From assembly GCF_009834535.1 (NCBI RefSeq), contig NC_045697.1, positions 79,362,001 to 79,426,000 of the forward strand: a DNA stretch of 64,000 nt. The letters are read 5' to 3'. The notes beneath the pieces are model-generated. The model searched no databases and had not been told where the DNA came from. It worked only from the letters and a program-made list of their open reading frames with translations. This DNA comes from Camelus ferus (Eukaryota). Below, in pieces: positions 36,637 through 50,587 of this stretch. The position numbers and the translations under genes were made by a program. Numbering within the stretch: the stretch's first letter is position 1; every line of letters starts with the position of its first letter.

Positions 36637-37894
36637 CTGTAGAAAGAATGCAGAAAATGAACATTTAATGTAAATAAAATGGGCCATTAAAAAAAAATCT
36701 ATAAAATGTCCTTGTAACTCAGAGTTCACCTAATCACATGACATAAAATAAACTCTTAAGTACCTACAGAGGTCCTTTTATCCATTAAACCATTACACTC
36801 ATTCCTACTTTATAAATTGTGTAACTAAAGCAAACTTGGACTTCGATACAACAGTTAGTGAACAGGAACAACTGTTCTGAGTCAGTGCATGGTGAGACTA
36901 CTTGATAGCCAGCAGTTCGATTTAATCAGCAGATGGCCTTACACTGTACAGTAGTATTTGTGTAATTTTTGAACATTTTCTTGCAATTCTTCCTCAGTTA
37001 TTTTAGAGAAATATATGGAAAGCAGAAAATTAGAATGCTGATATTGGTGAGGCAACAACTACAATAAATATGAAAATATGCATCCAAAAAGTGACATATG
37101 TTCACTTAATTAGACTCTTACTGGACTCAAGCTGGTTGCCTAGGTTTATTCAGTTCTGAAAGAAAAAATCCAGTTTAAAATGCATAAGAAATACTTGAAA
37201 TGAGTCATTAAATGCTGTGTCTTTAATTAGTTATGGACCAAATTCGACCATCAGAAATTATTCCAGAGATCAAAATGTATAGAGATGTCTACAGATTCAT
37301 AGAGCTGGATAGGGATTCAGCTTACTAAAGCTTCCTTTATTAAAAGAAAAGTAAGGCTAGTAGCCTCCTGTCTTACAAAGAATTTCTCAAGACAGATGAT
37401 AAAATATCCTCAAAATGAATGTCATATCCTCCTGTTCAACTGCTCACAGAATCTCTCTCAAAATCTACAAGATATTTTTGATGTAAAAATAAATGATCTG
37501 TTTACTAAATATACTTATCTGAATAACAAACCAAGAGAATTAAATAAACCAAGAGAATCAGAACTTAATTATTTTTAAAAATTCTTATTTATAATTTTAG
37601 AAATCAGGGATATACCATGTAAAATTCAACTTTAAAAAAATACTTAAGTGAGGGGTAAAGATTTTGTTATACTTTTAGCCCTCTGGGGCTTGAACTACAG
37701 AAATACTTACTTGTACATTCAACTTCCACACACATTTTTAGGAACACTGTATACAATAATAGGAAGTAGAGGTGGATGCTTTTTGTTTTCTTTAATCAAA
37801 CAATCCCACACAAAGTTAGCATTCTTGCTCACAGTGTATTACATGTCTTTCATTCTTTGTTAATACAAATTAATATGGGCATAGTAATACTTAC

Positions 37895-38038
37895 TGCTAT
37901 TGGGCCAATTCGAAGGGAAATAACCTTTCAAAGGTAGTAACTCTACCTCATTGATAGATGATGGTCCAAAGAAAGTACTACATGCAATAAAAGTATCCAA
38001 ATCAAAGTCCAAGGTTTTTGAAACCACCCAAAGATCAT
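37895..38038 (-). CDS. ZGRF1: ZGRF1 exon 17: DLWVVSKTLDFDLDTFIACS...
   Basis: AG/GT flanks, 144 nt, phase 1 to 1. Confidence 0.95.
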
Positions 38039-38084
38039 CTGAAAAGATAAACATTTAAAATTTTTTCTTAATTTTTAAAGGTCA

Positions 38085-38256
38085 CTTTATATTAGTTATT
38101 ACAAAATATTGGCTCTATTCCCTGTGTTGTACAATACATCCTTGAGCCTATCTTACTTACACCCAGCAGTTTTTACCTCCCACTCTTCTACTCCCATATC
38201 GCCCCTCCTCTCCACCCTCTACTGGCAACTACTAGTTTGTTCTCTGTATGTGTGAG
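38085..38256 (-). mobile_element. L1 3'UTR fragment
   Basis: aatattggctctattccctgtgttgtacaatacatcctt...actagtttgttctctgtatgtgtgag. Confidence 0.7.
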
Positions 38257-40549
38257 AAAAGGCAAACATTTTTTAAAGGTCTCAGAACTATGCTCAATCC
38301 AAAGCTACCTTGGATTTCTTCAATGCTTAGTCTTACATTATTTCTCAAAAAACAAAATTGGTTATTATTTGTAAGATTCCACCCAAACTAAGACCTAAAC
38401 ATGTAATATTTCACTTCCACGTTTTTAACTCAACTAGTTTTATATTTTTTAAGTTACTTTATAATTATTTTTAAAAATGTAAATACAGCAAAGACAGCAT
38501 CTAACTTGTCCTTCTCTTATAAAATAGATTTATAGCTAGATCTGATTTTTTTCCCACTGTCGAATATTAGTCTAAAAATATGCTTGGCCATGTAATGGTT
38601 TCCATACTCAAATAAAGCTGGCAATCCATGAATAGAACACAGGTTCTCGTAATAGACCTCCACTTAACAGATGCTCCAGATTAATGTTTTCCTTTCTTCT
38701 CCATAGTACATTGAATACTCATAGCTAGTAGGCTACTTTCCAGAATACTTGTGTACTGTTTCCACCATCAGTTGAGTTTACACTTACAAGGAGTCAATTG
38801 CATTTGTTTTAAAACTTATTTATACCAGTTGTATTTGTTGTTATAATTATATAACTTAATCATATTATTTGACCCATTATGAATATGAAGGGGAAAATTG
38901 TTTTTAAAAAACTAAAGTGAATAATTTAGAAAGACTTAATTAAGATCTCCTTTAAAAATAAAAACCCAAATATGAAAAACCAATTTTGACTCAAGTACAG
39001 ATGAGATAAATATAACATTAGAAAAGGGATTGAAAAATTTTAAATCATTCTCCACTTAGATTGCTTCATAAGTGACTTTAAGTTCTTGCTCCATGTTTAA
39101 GAATTTAAATGGTAAATCTTTATGGACAGTGCATTTGTGGATATGGTCTATACAAGAAAGATGAAAAGGATCTCCAATCAAAAAACTCATATCCTAAGCA
39201 AAAGTTTTGACTCTTCATCAAAAGATCATTAAGTAAAAATATATTCATGAATTTTAAGTTAAAATGCTCAATGTTCCTATGCATAATTTTTTATAATCCC
39301 TGACTTTAACCAACTTTTAAAATTAACTGACCAACCAAGAATCTCAACTGCATCAGAAAAGACAGTTTATTGGGCTACATTCCTACCTTTCAAAGTCCAA
39401 TGCACATCACACATTAAGACTCTGAAAATCAATCTTGCATTAAGGTTATCTGTTTAACATGGAACCTACTTTTTATTTTTATATTAACTCTTATCAGTAC
39501 TCCCACGGAACAATTTTTTTAAGGAAATATGTTTAGGAAACTACTGTAGAAAAAGCTGATCTATACTATAGTGTATTTTATACCTAATTTATTTAAAAAC
39601 ATCTGCCAATTGAGGTAAATATATGTATTTAAATAATTTATTCCTTATTTGCAAAGACTTCTTTTACTCTACATTCACAATTTTTTAAGAGAGCTCCAAT
39701 TCAAGGTAACCCTCAGAAGAAAATTATCCGCCTTTCCTTTCTCCCTAAATCGCATTGAAATGACAGAAGAAATATAAAATATAAATCCAGTATAGTACTG
39801 GAAAACAGCCAGGAGTCGGATAGGAAGAGCCACACTTATTTCAGAGATTCTTAAGGAGGCCACAAAGGGAATGGGAAAAGAAGGATGATAAAATCCTACA
39901 AAGCTGGGAAACTGCTAATCCTTTACAGACGATACAAAGGAAATCTGAAAAACAAAAAACAAAACAAAAAAACAACACAGAGAATTTTCCCAATAGATTC
40001 CCAGGATAACCCCAAGCTTACCAACTAAGGAGTTCTGGGTGGAGAAGGTCAGCTGGAACATTAATTAATGGATGAAGGAATAATCCTATCACTCTTGGAG
40101 CAGCTGACTCCAGGATTTGTCCTAGGGCTGAACTTGGGAATGCAACCCTCTAAAACTGACTACCAGAGAGGACTTTAAGTAAGAGAAATGAGGCAGCAAC
40201 CCACATAACTACTGGGCACCAGGGATAAGTAAATAGATCACAGGCCATCATCAGGTCATTTATCTATGGGAATTTTATTTTTAGTAAAACACAATAACTT
40301 ATGTTAGTAGGCATTTTAAATATGATAGTTACTATTATTATTACCATTTTATACATGAAAAAAGACCAAAGTCCAGAGAAGTTAAATAAATTATCCACAG
40401 ACACAGGGCCAGTAAATGGCAGATATGAGACTGAACCCAACCCCCTGAGCTCACTAGAGTTGACCAGACTGGGATCTGCCTTTCCTCATATGCACTGCCA
40501 GAAACAACAGCTGATACCACCAGGGAAAAATTAGTTCACAGGGCACAAT

Positions 40550-43500
40550 AATGAGACATTTGAGAAGCACAAAGACTTCAAAAGAATAACATACTGGATT
40601 ATAGAATCCTGCAGAAAAGGAAACACCAGAACAGATGGACAAAGGATTTAAATGTAGCCTGGTAGAGGGATTAAAAGAGGTAAGGAAAGATAGTAGCAAT
40701 GCAAAATAAGAACAAGAAAATATGAAAAATGTATGAATAAAAATATTGGGTTGCAAAAATATAGTAGTTGAAAGAAAGTTGTAATTGATGGAATAAATAA
40801 CAGAATGGATACATCTGAGGAATAATTAAGCAATTTAGAAGATCATATTGAAGATATCTCCCAGAAGGAAGAAAGGATAAAAACCCAGACAATATAAAAG
40901 AAATGTTAAGAGATTTAGAGGATAAATTCTATAGTGCTAACTCTGAATAATAAAATCCTAGAGCGAGAAACAAAAATAAAGAGAAAAATTATTTAAACAA
41001 ATAATGTATAGCACAAGGAACTATATTCAATATCATGTAGTAAGCTATAATGAAAAAGAATATGAAAACAAAAATATATGTGTGTGTATATGTATGACTG
41101 AACTATTCTGCTGTATACTAGAAATTGACACATTGTAAACTGACTATACTTCAATTAAAAAAAGAATGAAGATTGACCCACATTACTATATATATAAAAC
41201 AGATAAACAACAAGGACCTATTGTATAACAGAGAACTATATTTAATTTCTTATAATAACATTTAATGGAAAAGAATCTGAAAAAAAAATATATGTATAAC
41301 TGAATCACTTTGCTGTACACCTGAAGCTAACACTGTAAATCAACTACACTTCAATTAAAATAAAATTAAAGATTTTTTAAATTTAAAATTTAAAAAAAGG
41401 GAAGAATGAAGATCAATTTCCCAAAATTAAAAAATAAAAAGCCAAAGCACTTTAGTTTCTTTTATTAAACTATCTTATGAAGGTATGACTGACATACAGA
41501 AGCTGTATACATTTAATGTATGTACTGGACAAGTTTGGAGATAGAGGACTTTAGATTTCAAAGGCCCACAGTGTACCCAGAGGTACAGTGTATCCAGAGG
41601 AGAAAAAGGAAAAACCCACAGTTAGGCAGTTATAGAGAAATATAAGACTATAATAGTCAGAGAAAGTTCTAATGCTTCCAGCCAGAAAGTACAAATTACA
41701 TACAAAGGTGTAAGAATCAGAGTGCCATCAGATTTTTCAACAGCAATAATGGATGCAAGAAGATAGCCAAGTATATTAAATATTGGGTTAAAACATATGA
41801 AACTGATATTTCTGTAGGTGAAAAGTATTAAAAGAAAACATTAGAACCTAGAATTTTATATGTAGCCAACTATCATTCAAATATGAATATATAATAAAAA
41901 AATTCTCCAGCATTCAAGGCTTCAGGTTCATCATTCAAAGACCCACATACAAAACATTCATAAAAGTTTTTGATGAAACACATAAATAAGACAGAAAAAT
42001 CCAGGAGGCGCTAAAAGGGATACATGAAAAATACATGAAATAAAGGTAACTAAATACCTTGGATAAGCTTGTAGTCATCTTTTAAAAAGGAGTAACATCC
42101 AAAGATCGGTAGAAAATAAATCCATAGCATCCTAAAGTTACATATTTAGATTAGTGCTACTCAAAGCAGCCTGTCCTGAACAGACTGTTATCTGTCAGTA
42201 ACAAGAAGCTTGTGCTAGGTGATTCAACAAATCAACATAATGCTTCCTTCATTCGGAAAGTCTTGCTACAAACAAAACTAAACAAAGCAAAACACAATGA
42301 AACTAACAGTCTGCTAATGACATAGGCATCTGATATTCTAGAGCAGCTCCTCACCTCTTTGGGAACCAATGACAGTCTATGGACCAGAGCCAGCCTACAG
42401 ACCACACTTGGAGTAGGGCTGGTCTAGATGAATTACCAACTTGATGGGGAGAGGGGCATGAAAGAAGAGGTCAAGCAAAAAAAAACAAGCAATGTGAGTA
42501 CTTTCTAAGTTCTTGTCTTATTGGAGAGTAGATTTAACTGCCAATTTTTTTAAAAAGCAAGAAAGAATGAAAAACAGCATATAGTGGGATAAACAGAAAT
42601 AACTCAAGACTGCAGAAACATACCCAAGTATATAGATTATTATAATAAAATTAACTATTGGACTTACTCCATTTACATAAAAGTTAACATTTGAAATTTC
42701 AGACATGCTGTTTAAGAGGGACACATCTTTATAAGAATATACAAAGGTGGAACAAAATATTGGAAGACTTATTGAGCAAATACTAATCAAAATAAACTTC
42801 ATATAGCTATGTAAAAAACTAGATTTTAAAAGTATTTTTAGAGACGGAGAGGGTCTCTACATAAAGTTTCAATTTACCAAGATAATAGCAATTTTAAATA
42901 TATATGCACCTAATAAAATAATTTTAATATGTTTCAAAAAGTAATAAAATAGCAGGAAGGAAGTGTACATAGTTGAAGCTACAGAAATTAAGACAATGTG
43001 GAATTGGCACAGTGATATATAAATTGAACAACAGTACAAGTAGGGACTCGAGAAACAGACCCACACTGTTTTGAACTTGGTTATACGACAGAGGTAGCAT
43101 TTCAAGTCAAAGAGGACAAAAGGGGCTAATTAATCAATAAAATGACTACTATTCTAGCAAAATTGATACTTAAAGAGAAAAAGATGAAATTGGATCCCTA
43201 TCTCATGCCATGAACCAAAAAAAAAAAAAGAAAAACAAAAAACCTCCAAATGGATTGAAAATTTTCTTACGTAGTATGCCATTAAGAAAACCTTAAAAAG
43301 AAAACTTTAAAAAAGTAAAAAAGTAAAACTTTAAAACCATTAATAGAAAATATAGGTAAATAATTTTAGATCTTTAGCATTAGGAAAGATTTTTAAAATA
43401 AGACACAGAAAGCACTGCCAAAAAGAAAAGACTAATACATCCAACTATATTAAAAAATAATTTTTATATCTAAAAATACCTTGAAGTAAGTGAAAAGACA

Positions 43501-44100
43501 TGATACATACTGGCAGCCAGGCAGCCACAATATACATGATCAAGAAAAGATTAACATGGAAAACATTTAAGAACTGTAAATAAGATTATACACAACACAG
43601 CAAAAAAATGAATGGTAAGAAGAAAATATGTAATGAACACATGAAGAGCTGTTCAGTGTCACTGGCAAGCAGAGAAATGCAAACTAAAACCACAAGATCA
43701 TTTAGACCATTTGAGTACATTGAGCCACTAGATGGTAGAAGTATAAGTTGATTTAATTACTTTAGAAGTCCGTTTGGCACTACAGCTTAAAGATGTCGGG
43801 GGCATTTTCATTCCTAGGATTATAACCAAAAGAAACTCTTGCACATCTACAAGATAGTACAAGAATTTTCACTGAGAAAAAATGAAAAAGGTAAGTTCTA
43901 AAAGATTACATACAGAACTATATCATTGGAATGATACTAAAAAAACTTAAAACTTAAAATATGCTTTTTGGTAATTCATTTACATAAATCTGTGTACAAA
44001 GGAAAGCAAGATGTTGATGAACATAGGGATCAAAAATGGTAAATACCTTAGGTCAGGAGAGACAATCAGATGAGTTAATGGGTTACTTTATACTAAATGC
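40550..44100 (+). mobile_element. Mosaic of old L1 fragments with nested younger L1 3' tails (~41005-41400) and a hAT-like MITE (~42151-42420)
   Basis: ORF1-like gaatcagagtgccatcagatttttcaacagcaa; ORF2-like aaaagatgaaattggatccctatctcatgcc; two tails ending actatacttcaattaaaa; tagtgctactcaaag...cttggagtagggct ends. Confidence 0.65.
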
Positions 44101-44669
44101 AGGTAGTTATAAGGTACTACATTTTGGTTTGCTTTGTGGACTCACAGATATTTATATCATTTAAAATAACTAATTAAATAACTAAAGCAAGCTAGGTGAA
44201 GACCAGCAAGAGTAGGTCATGAAACCAAAGATAATGATTAACCTAATCTAGTGTACCTAAGGTACTTAGAAAAAAAATTTTAAGGATTTTATGTCCAAAT
44301 ACACAAAATTTAGGGTCCAGTGTTGTCCTACTGTGCAGCAATGACAGAAGTATAAATAAACTCATTATATTTTCTGTTTATTTTTGATAGTAGGTTCAGG
44401 GTACAGACTATTCAATATACTTAATGATGCCAAGAACTTAGTGTGACTTTTTAAACAAAATTAAACAGTTTTTGGTAGTTTATAATAAAAGGTTTTTTAA
44501 AAACTAAAATTTAAAGTATGCTTTTTAGAAATGGTCTAATTTATTATATAATAATTCACAATATATACTATTAAACTGGACTTTAAAAAATCTCTTTAAT
44601 ATAAATGACTCACAGAGTTGTATGTAATGAGACACAAAGTTGGACACCAACACGATCAGCTCAACTTAC

Positions 44670-44809
44670 CTTTGCTATAAGTTGAAGAACTTTCTTTCCG
44701 ACTCAGCTTAAGATAAAGTTTGCTTTTAGGTTCATTATAAAATTCAGGATTTATAGTAGTAAACTTCTTTAGTTTACCATACTGTTTTCTTTGAAAATCA
44801 AATCCTTTT
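44670..44809 (-). CDS. ZGRF1: ZGRF1 exon 16: KGFDFQRKQYGKLKKF...YSK
   Basis: AG/GT flanks, 140 nt, phase 2 to 1. Confidence 0.95.
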
Positions 44810-44865
44810 CTGCAAAATGAGTAAAAACACAAAACTGAATTTGAATATGAAGGTACAAATTTTTA

Positions 44866-45201
44866 CCTCATACCTGTCAGAATGGCTATTGTCAAAGAGA
44901 ACACAAATAACAAATGTTGGCAAGGATGTAGAGAAAAGGGAACCCTCGTACACTGTTGGTGGGAATGTAAATTGGTACAACTACTATGGAAAACAGTATG
45001 TAGCTTTCTCAAAAAACTAAAAATAGAACTACCACGTAATCCAGCAATTCCACTCCTGGGTATATATCTGAAAAAACAAAAACACGAATTCAAAACAATA
45101 CATGCACCCCAAAGTACCTAGCAGCATTATTATAATTGCCAAGATAAGGAAGCAACCTAAGTATCCAGTAACAGATGAATGGATAAAGAAGATGTGTTAC
45201 A

Positions 45202-45243
<42 letters not shown>

Positions 45244-45993
45244 TGGAATACTACTCAGCCATTAAAAAGAATGGAATTTTGCCATTTGTAGCAATACGGA
45301 CAAACTTGGAGGGTATTATGCTAAGTGAAATAAATTAGACAGAGAAAGACAAATACTGTCTGATATCATTTATATGTGGAATTTTAAAAATACAACAAAC
45401 TAGTGAATATAAAAGAAGCAGACATACAGAGAGCAAATTAGTGGTTACCAGTGGGGAGAAGGAAGAGGGGAGAGGCAAGATAGGGATAGAGGTACAAACT
45501 ATTATGTATAAAATAAGCTACAAGTATATATTGTGCAACATGGGGAATATAGGTAATATTTTATAATAACTATACATGAAATATAACCTTTAAAAATACA
45601 CATTTTTTAAATTGAGATATAATTGACATATAACATTATATTAGTTTCAGGTGTACAACATAATGATTTGATATATGTGTATCCTGTGAAATGATCACTA
45701 TAAGAAGTCTAGTTAACATCCATCACCACACAGTTACATTTTTCTCTCATGAAGGAAATGGGTGAACTGCTTTATTTTTAGTTTAAATAAATTGAATTGA
45801 GTTTTTTTTTAAAAGCACTGAAGAAGTCACTGCATATATAAAAAGTTTTTTTAATAAATTTTTTTCTTGTGATGAGAACTCTTAAGATCTACTCCCTTAG
45901 CAACTTTCAAATATACAGTAAAGTAATATGAACTATAGTTACCATGCTGTATATTACATCCACAGGACTTAATTTACTTTACAACTGGAAATT
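44866..45993. mobile_element. Composite of two L1 3' fragments, tail-to-tail (plus 44866-45600; minus 45600-45993), with (CA)n at ~45205-45241
   Basis: ORF2 C-terminal peptide [23 protein letters not shown]. Second fragment on the minus strand. Direct repeat at 44848-44865 and 45994-46010. Confidence 0.85.
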
Positions 45994-46908
45994 TGAAGGT
46001 ACAATTTTTAAAAAGTCTTTAAAATACAGTACTATTATACATATAGTGCATATGTTTATATACTTTCATTCATATATACAAAATAAAAATGCACTGTGTC
46101 AAAGGAAGAAAATAGCAAATCTCACAGAAACAAGATCAGTTTTAAGAGACTGAAATAGAAGTTTCTAAAAGAGTACTTCAGTTTCTGTAACTGTAAAATA
46201 GAAATAATAAAATATCCAGATTATTTCTGTATCTTACAGATTATTATGACAATTAAATGAAATAATACATGCAAAAGTGCTTAAAAGAGTGCCTGGCATA
46301 TATAAACTCTCAGTAACTGTTATTATTATTAAGTTACCATGCAAATGCTCACTATATTTACATTTTGGGTAATTCAACTTATAAATATAAGACATGTTTT
46401 CAAAAAGTAGCATTCTGTTATCCTATAAGCTATGTAGTTCAGGCTTGTAAATGACCACTACCTATTATCCTGCACTGATAAAAATTATTCTTATGATTTG
46501 TTTGATACAGTTTCCCTTAGGATGATGATTATATGTAAAAATTGTTAGAAAAACAGCATTCCTGCCAGTAATCCTGATATTGCTGATACTGCTTAATGTT
46601 TAGAGGGGGCCAAAAAGAGCTTTAGGGAATTATTCCTATTGTATGGTCATAAAAATTGAGGTATTTTATCTCTGAGATATTTTTCCTGTCTCAACCTCTA
46701 GTAATTTATGGTGAAGAAGAATAAGAAAACAAGTATTTGTATGTTCATGTATGACTGAAGCATTATGCTGTACACCAGAAATTGACATAATATTGTAAAC
46801 TGACTATACTTCAATAAAAGTATGTATATACAAAAAAACCCCCGATAATTCTGTGAGGTTTTACTATTTTCTAATATAGAGGCAATTATTTGGTATCATA
46901 AAACATAC

Positions 46909-47105
46909 CTCACCAAAAGCTGGCATTCCTCATAGAGGGGTATCTTCTGACTTCTTAAGTACAAGCCAATACTTTTTATATCACTTAAAACCATGCTAGG
47001 TAGAGATTCTTCCTGTGTTAAATATCCTGGGGTCACTTCTTCAAGCCACTTGAAAAATTTACACTGGTCAGCTTTGGGTCCATCACAGGTATAAAAAAGA
47101 CGACC
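46909..47105 (-). CDS. ZGRF1: ZGRF1 exon 15: second half of the GRF zinc finger GRLFYTCDGPKADQCKFFKW
   Basis: AG/GT flanks, 197 nt, phase 0 to 2. Confidence 0.96.
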
Positions 47106-48298
47106 CTAAGGGGAAAAAGATACTGAAATTTAGTAAGAAAAATAACATTTTAATTGTTTTACTGTTTTCGTACTATGTCTGTCAAGATTTTTATAAAGGT
47201 TGCTTGGCATTAATGTACTCCAATAAATTAGTCACTATACCACTTAATCTTTTTATTAATTTAAACAATAAATTAAAATTTCAAACCACCTACTTTTCCA
47301 TTTATTTTCTCTTTATCAAAAATTACATTATTCTGAGAATATAAGCTTGTTTGAAAAATATTTATTATTTTTCTGATTTAAAACTTTCATACAGGAAACC
47401 TGAAAGCTGCCCTAAAACAACTACAGGGAACATCTTGTACATTTCTTTAGTCTTTTTTCTCACTCACATAAGTGCATGTGTGCGCACACACACAAGGATA
47501 CACATGTGCATACTGTCTAAGTAAAACTCAGATAACAATACATTTTCTACACTATAGCCTAACCCTTATGCTCAACATCAGAAAAAAAGACTTCTAGTGG
47601 TTCAACAGTATTTTATTCTATGGTTATAATATTATTTATGAACTCTTGCTTTTGATAACTGAATTTAAATCCAAATTTACATACTCAACTACTGATAAAG
47701 GGTAGTATGCAAACAGTGGAGGAAGACTGTATTACAATGAGTGAAAGCATATGAGTACAAACCATAAGATGCAAACATTTTATTAACTTCTTCCATAATA
47801 ATGTTATCAGCAATATCAACTAAGTCAGTACCTTTTCTATTCCTTTGGCCTTATTGGTAACATTACTGGCACTAGGGATCACACAGACCAGTTACGAACT
47901 TTACTTTCTTCAAGCTCATGTCTGCATTCTCTAAGCCCTGAGGTTGGGACATACACTCCTCTCAGGGTTCTCAGTGTAATCTGGGCATATCCCTCCTACT
48001 TTATTAACTACAGTATTATATAAAACTTCCTTTAACGTATCTCTCTCTATCCACTGCTATACAGTAAGTTCCTATGCAATTTGAACGTTCATCTTAAGTC
48101 ACATTTTTGATCCTCGAACACAGACCATCTTTCAGTAAAAATTGATTGAGAGTTTGCTACATGTTAGTTACTAACGTCTCAAGGAGAAGGCTCTTAATCA
48201 AAATTTACTCCTTAAGCTTGTCATAAAGCAACAGGTACATAAACTTTTAATGAGATGAGTATTAGGTGGGGCAACAGGAGGGGAAGAGGGAACAATAC

Positions 48299-48483
48299 CT
48301 TATTTGGACCTTCCTTTCTAACCATGACAAGTTTTGCAGGGTGATGATGATGGCAGGAGGGCACATTATTTTCTACATTTTTCTGCTTCTCTCCATTTGA
48401 TGATGTATAAAATGATATGTCAACTTTTGAAAGGGCTTTGTGCAACCTTTGTGCCAACCCAAACAGCAATATATTTAGATGTT
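48299..48483 (-). CDS. ZGRF1: ZGRF1 exon 14: first half of the GRF zinc finger CHHHHPAKLVMVRKEGPNK
   Basis: AG/GT flanks, 185 nt, phase 1 to 0. Confidence 0.96.
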
Positions 48484-48536
48484 CTGCAAAAAATTTTAAA
48501 AGATAATTTAAAAATATATAGATACAGATGAAAATT

Positions 48537-48626
48537 GAGGGGATGGATACAGCTTAGTGGTACAGTGCATGCTTAGCATGTACAAGGTTCTGGGTTCAAT
48601 CCTCAGTAGCTCCATTAAAAAAAAAA
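48537..48626 (+). mobile_element. tRNA-derived camelid-type SINE
   Basis: A and B boxes, poly-A. TSD agatgaaaatt at 48526-48536 and 48627-48637. Confidence 0.9.
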
Positions 48627-49094
48627 AGATGAAAATTAAATACAAACTAACTTCATGTATTTATCACATATGTACTACTAGCTAAATCTGAAAATAGCCT
48701 TTTGACAGAGTAAACTATAACTTAATACTAACATCCATTTTTTAAAAAGCTAGTTTTGCCCTTGTACCAAACAATCAAAACTAATCATGCATCATACTTT
48801 AAATTTCCTACTTAATTTAACAAAACCATTTGTAATACTTCCAGTTTAAAAAAATTTTTTAAACTATACCTTGAAAAAGATGATAATAATGTCATTTCCC
48901 ACTCTTAAAACTCAATTTTGATCTGAAATTAAAATATAACTTACTGTCAAAAACTGGAGTAAAAATATAAAAACAAATCTCAATACGGAAACAATGTAAA
49001 AATTCACAATATAAAATACTATACTTTCTCACAGCCATACTACTTACATTAAGCAGCAATCAATCATAATAAAATAAAAAGGTAACAGTCATAC

Positions 49095-49233
49095 CTATGA
49101 GACAAGATGTAAAAATCTGCTTATACTGAGCAGTAGACTGAAAAACAGCTGGTATGTGAATCTGCCTTTGGGGAAGATACGCAGATTTTATTTTCTGCCC
49201 ACTTGGGAAGCATAGCTCAGAGTCATTTATCTC
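49095..49233 (-). CDS. ZGRF1: ZGRF1 exon 13: EINDSELCFPSGQKIKSAYLPQRQIHIP...
   Basis: AG/GT flanks, 139 nt, phase 0 to 1. Confidence 0.94.
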
Positions 49234-49934
49234 CTAAAATGGAATAATTCAAGTTATAACAACTCCAGAAAAATACTGTTTACTAATAAGCAAATTGCAT
49301 AGGTATGTTAAAGAAAATAAACAGATTTTTCTTTTGATTTCCAGATTCCATGAAAATCATTTTCAAATTTTAAATGAGAAACCAAGTATAGCAAGAAAGC
49401 AAGAAAGGCTATGGCATGGCCCTTTTAATCATAAATTTGACTAAATTTTCTTATCTGCCCCTTCATGAGTTTTAAAATATTTTTGCTAGAAAAAACTTAA
49501 CTGATGTGAATGGATCACTATGTACCTGTTTCTGTTACAACTATAAGAATTGTTCACAACCAATATGTAATAAAATATACCTTTACCCTAATAATAATCT
49601 GATCAGTAAAACTGAGCTTACAGTGAAAAATGAAAACAATCATAGTAATAGCAGCAGTGGAAGTGGTGGTGGAAAGAGTCAGCGCTCTTAACATATTAAG
49701 ACTTATTATGTGTCAGATACTGTACCAGACACTTTCAAATATATAACTTCATTTAATGTTCACAACCAGAAGATATGACTGGAGCAAGTGTTCTGGAAAA
49801 CTCAACAAACACCAAAGCCATCAGCTCCAAGACTAAAATCACTGCACCTGTATAATTTTGATAATTCTTTTGTTGCAATTCAGACAATAACTATTGGCAA
49901 AGATGCACCAAGAAACACTGGTACATTTCCTCAC

Positions 49935-50587
49935 CTGTAAATCTCCTGTTATAATGCAGTTGTAGCAGGCAGACCCTCCTAACACATTTTGAATTTCCTC
50001 AGTCTTAGAAGTCTGCTTTAAATTCAAAGAAAGTGCTTCCTTTCTGGAAACCAAATCTCCACTGCTAAAATCCTGCTGCTGTTGTTGAAGCATGCTTTTT
50101 ATCATTTGCAAATGCATAGAGTCTAAAGAGCATTCATTCACAGCATCACTCTGTCTTTCACCTTTATCACTAAAATGCATCCCAGAAACAGTCTCAGCAA
50201 AGAAGCCATCTGTTACTTTCTGATCAACTCTGTCTGGAGTAGTCAAGCTGCACTGGGGCATGTTTTGAAATTTCAGCCACTTGCTTTGAGTAGATATATT
50301 ACCGAGAAGTGAAACATATCCTGGAGTCATTTCACTAGATTCTTTAGAGAAAGAAGTTTCACTTTGGTCCTCAGGCCCAAAGCTAAAAGAAGTTGCTGAC
50401 TCTTCACACAAGTTGAATATGGGAGAACCAGAAGACTCTTGCCTGTCACAGTCGATCACATGTGAGTAAGAATCTAAGTCAGGTGGCCCACTGGCAGGTG
50501 GCAAAGTAATAAATGGAACTCGGGTTCTACTTACTAATGAAAGTCTTTGAAGGTTCTTATTCTCCAGAGAACTTGACTTTTTCATTA
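49935..50587 (-). CDS. ZGRF1: ZGRF1 exon 12 (large Ser-rich linker exon): MKKSSSLENKNLQRLSL...GDLQ
   Basis: Polypyrimidine tract plus CAG acceptor, GTGAGG donor; 653 nt, phase 1 to 0; coincides with ORF 49839-50585. Confidence 0.93.

Noticed and set aside
44817..45338. ORFs similar to L1 ORF2 C-terminus (also 24355-25271) and ORF1 (17430-17687) as genes
   Set aside because: Fragmented, frameshifted retrotransposon remnants.
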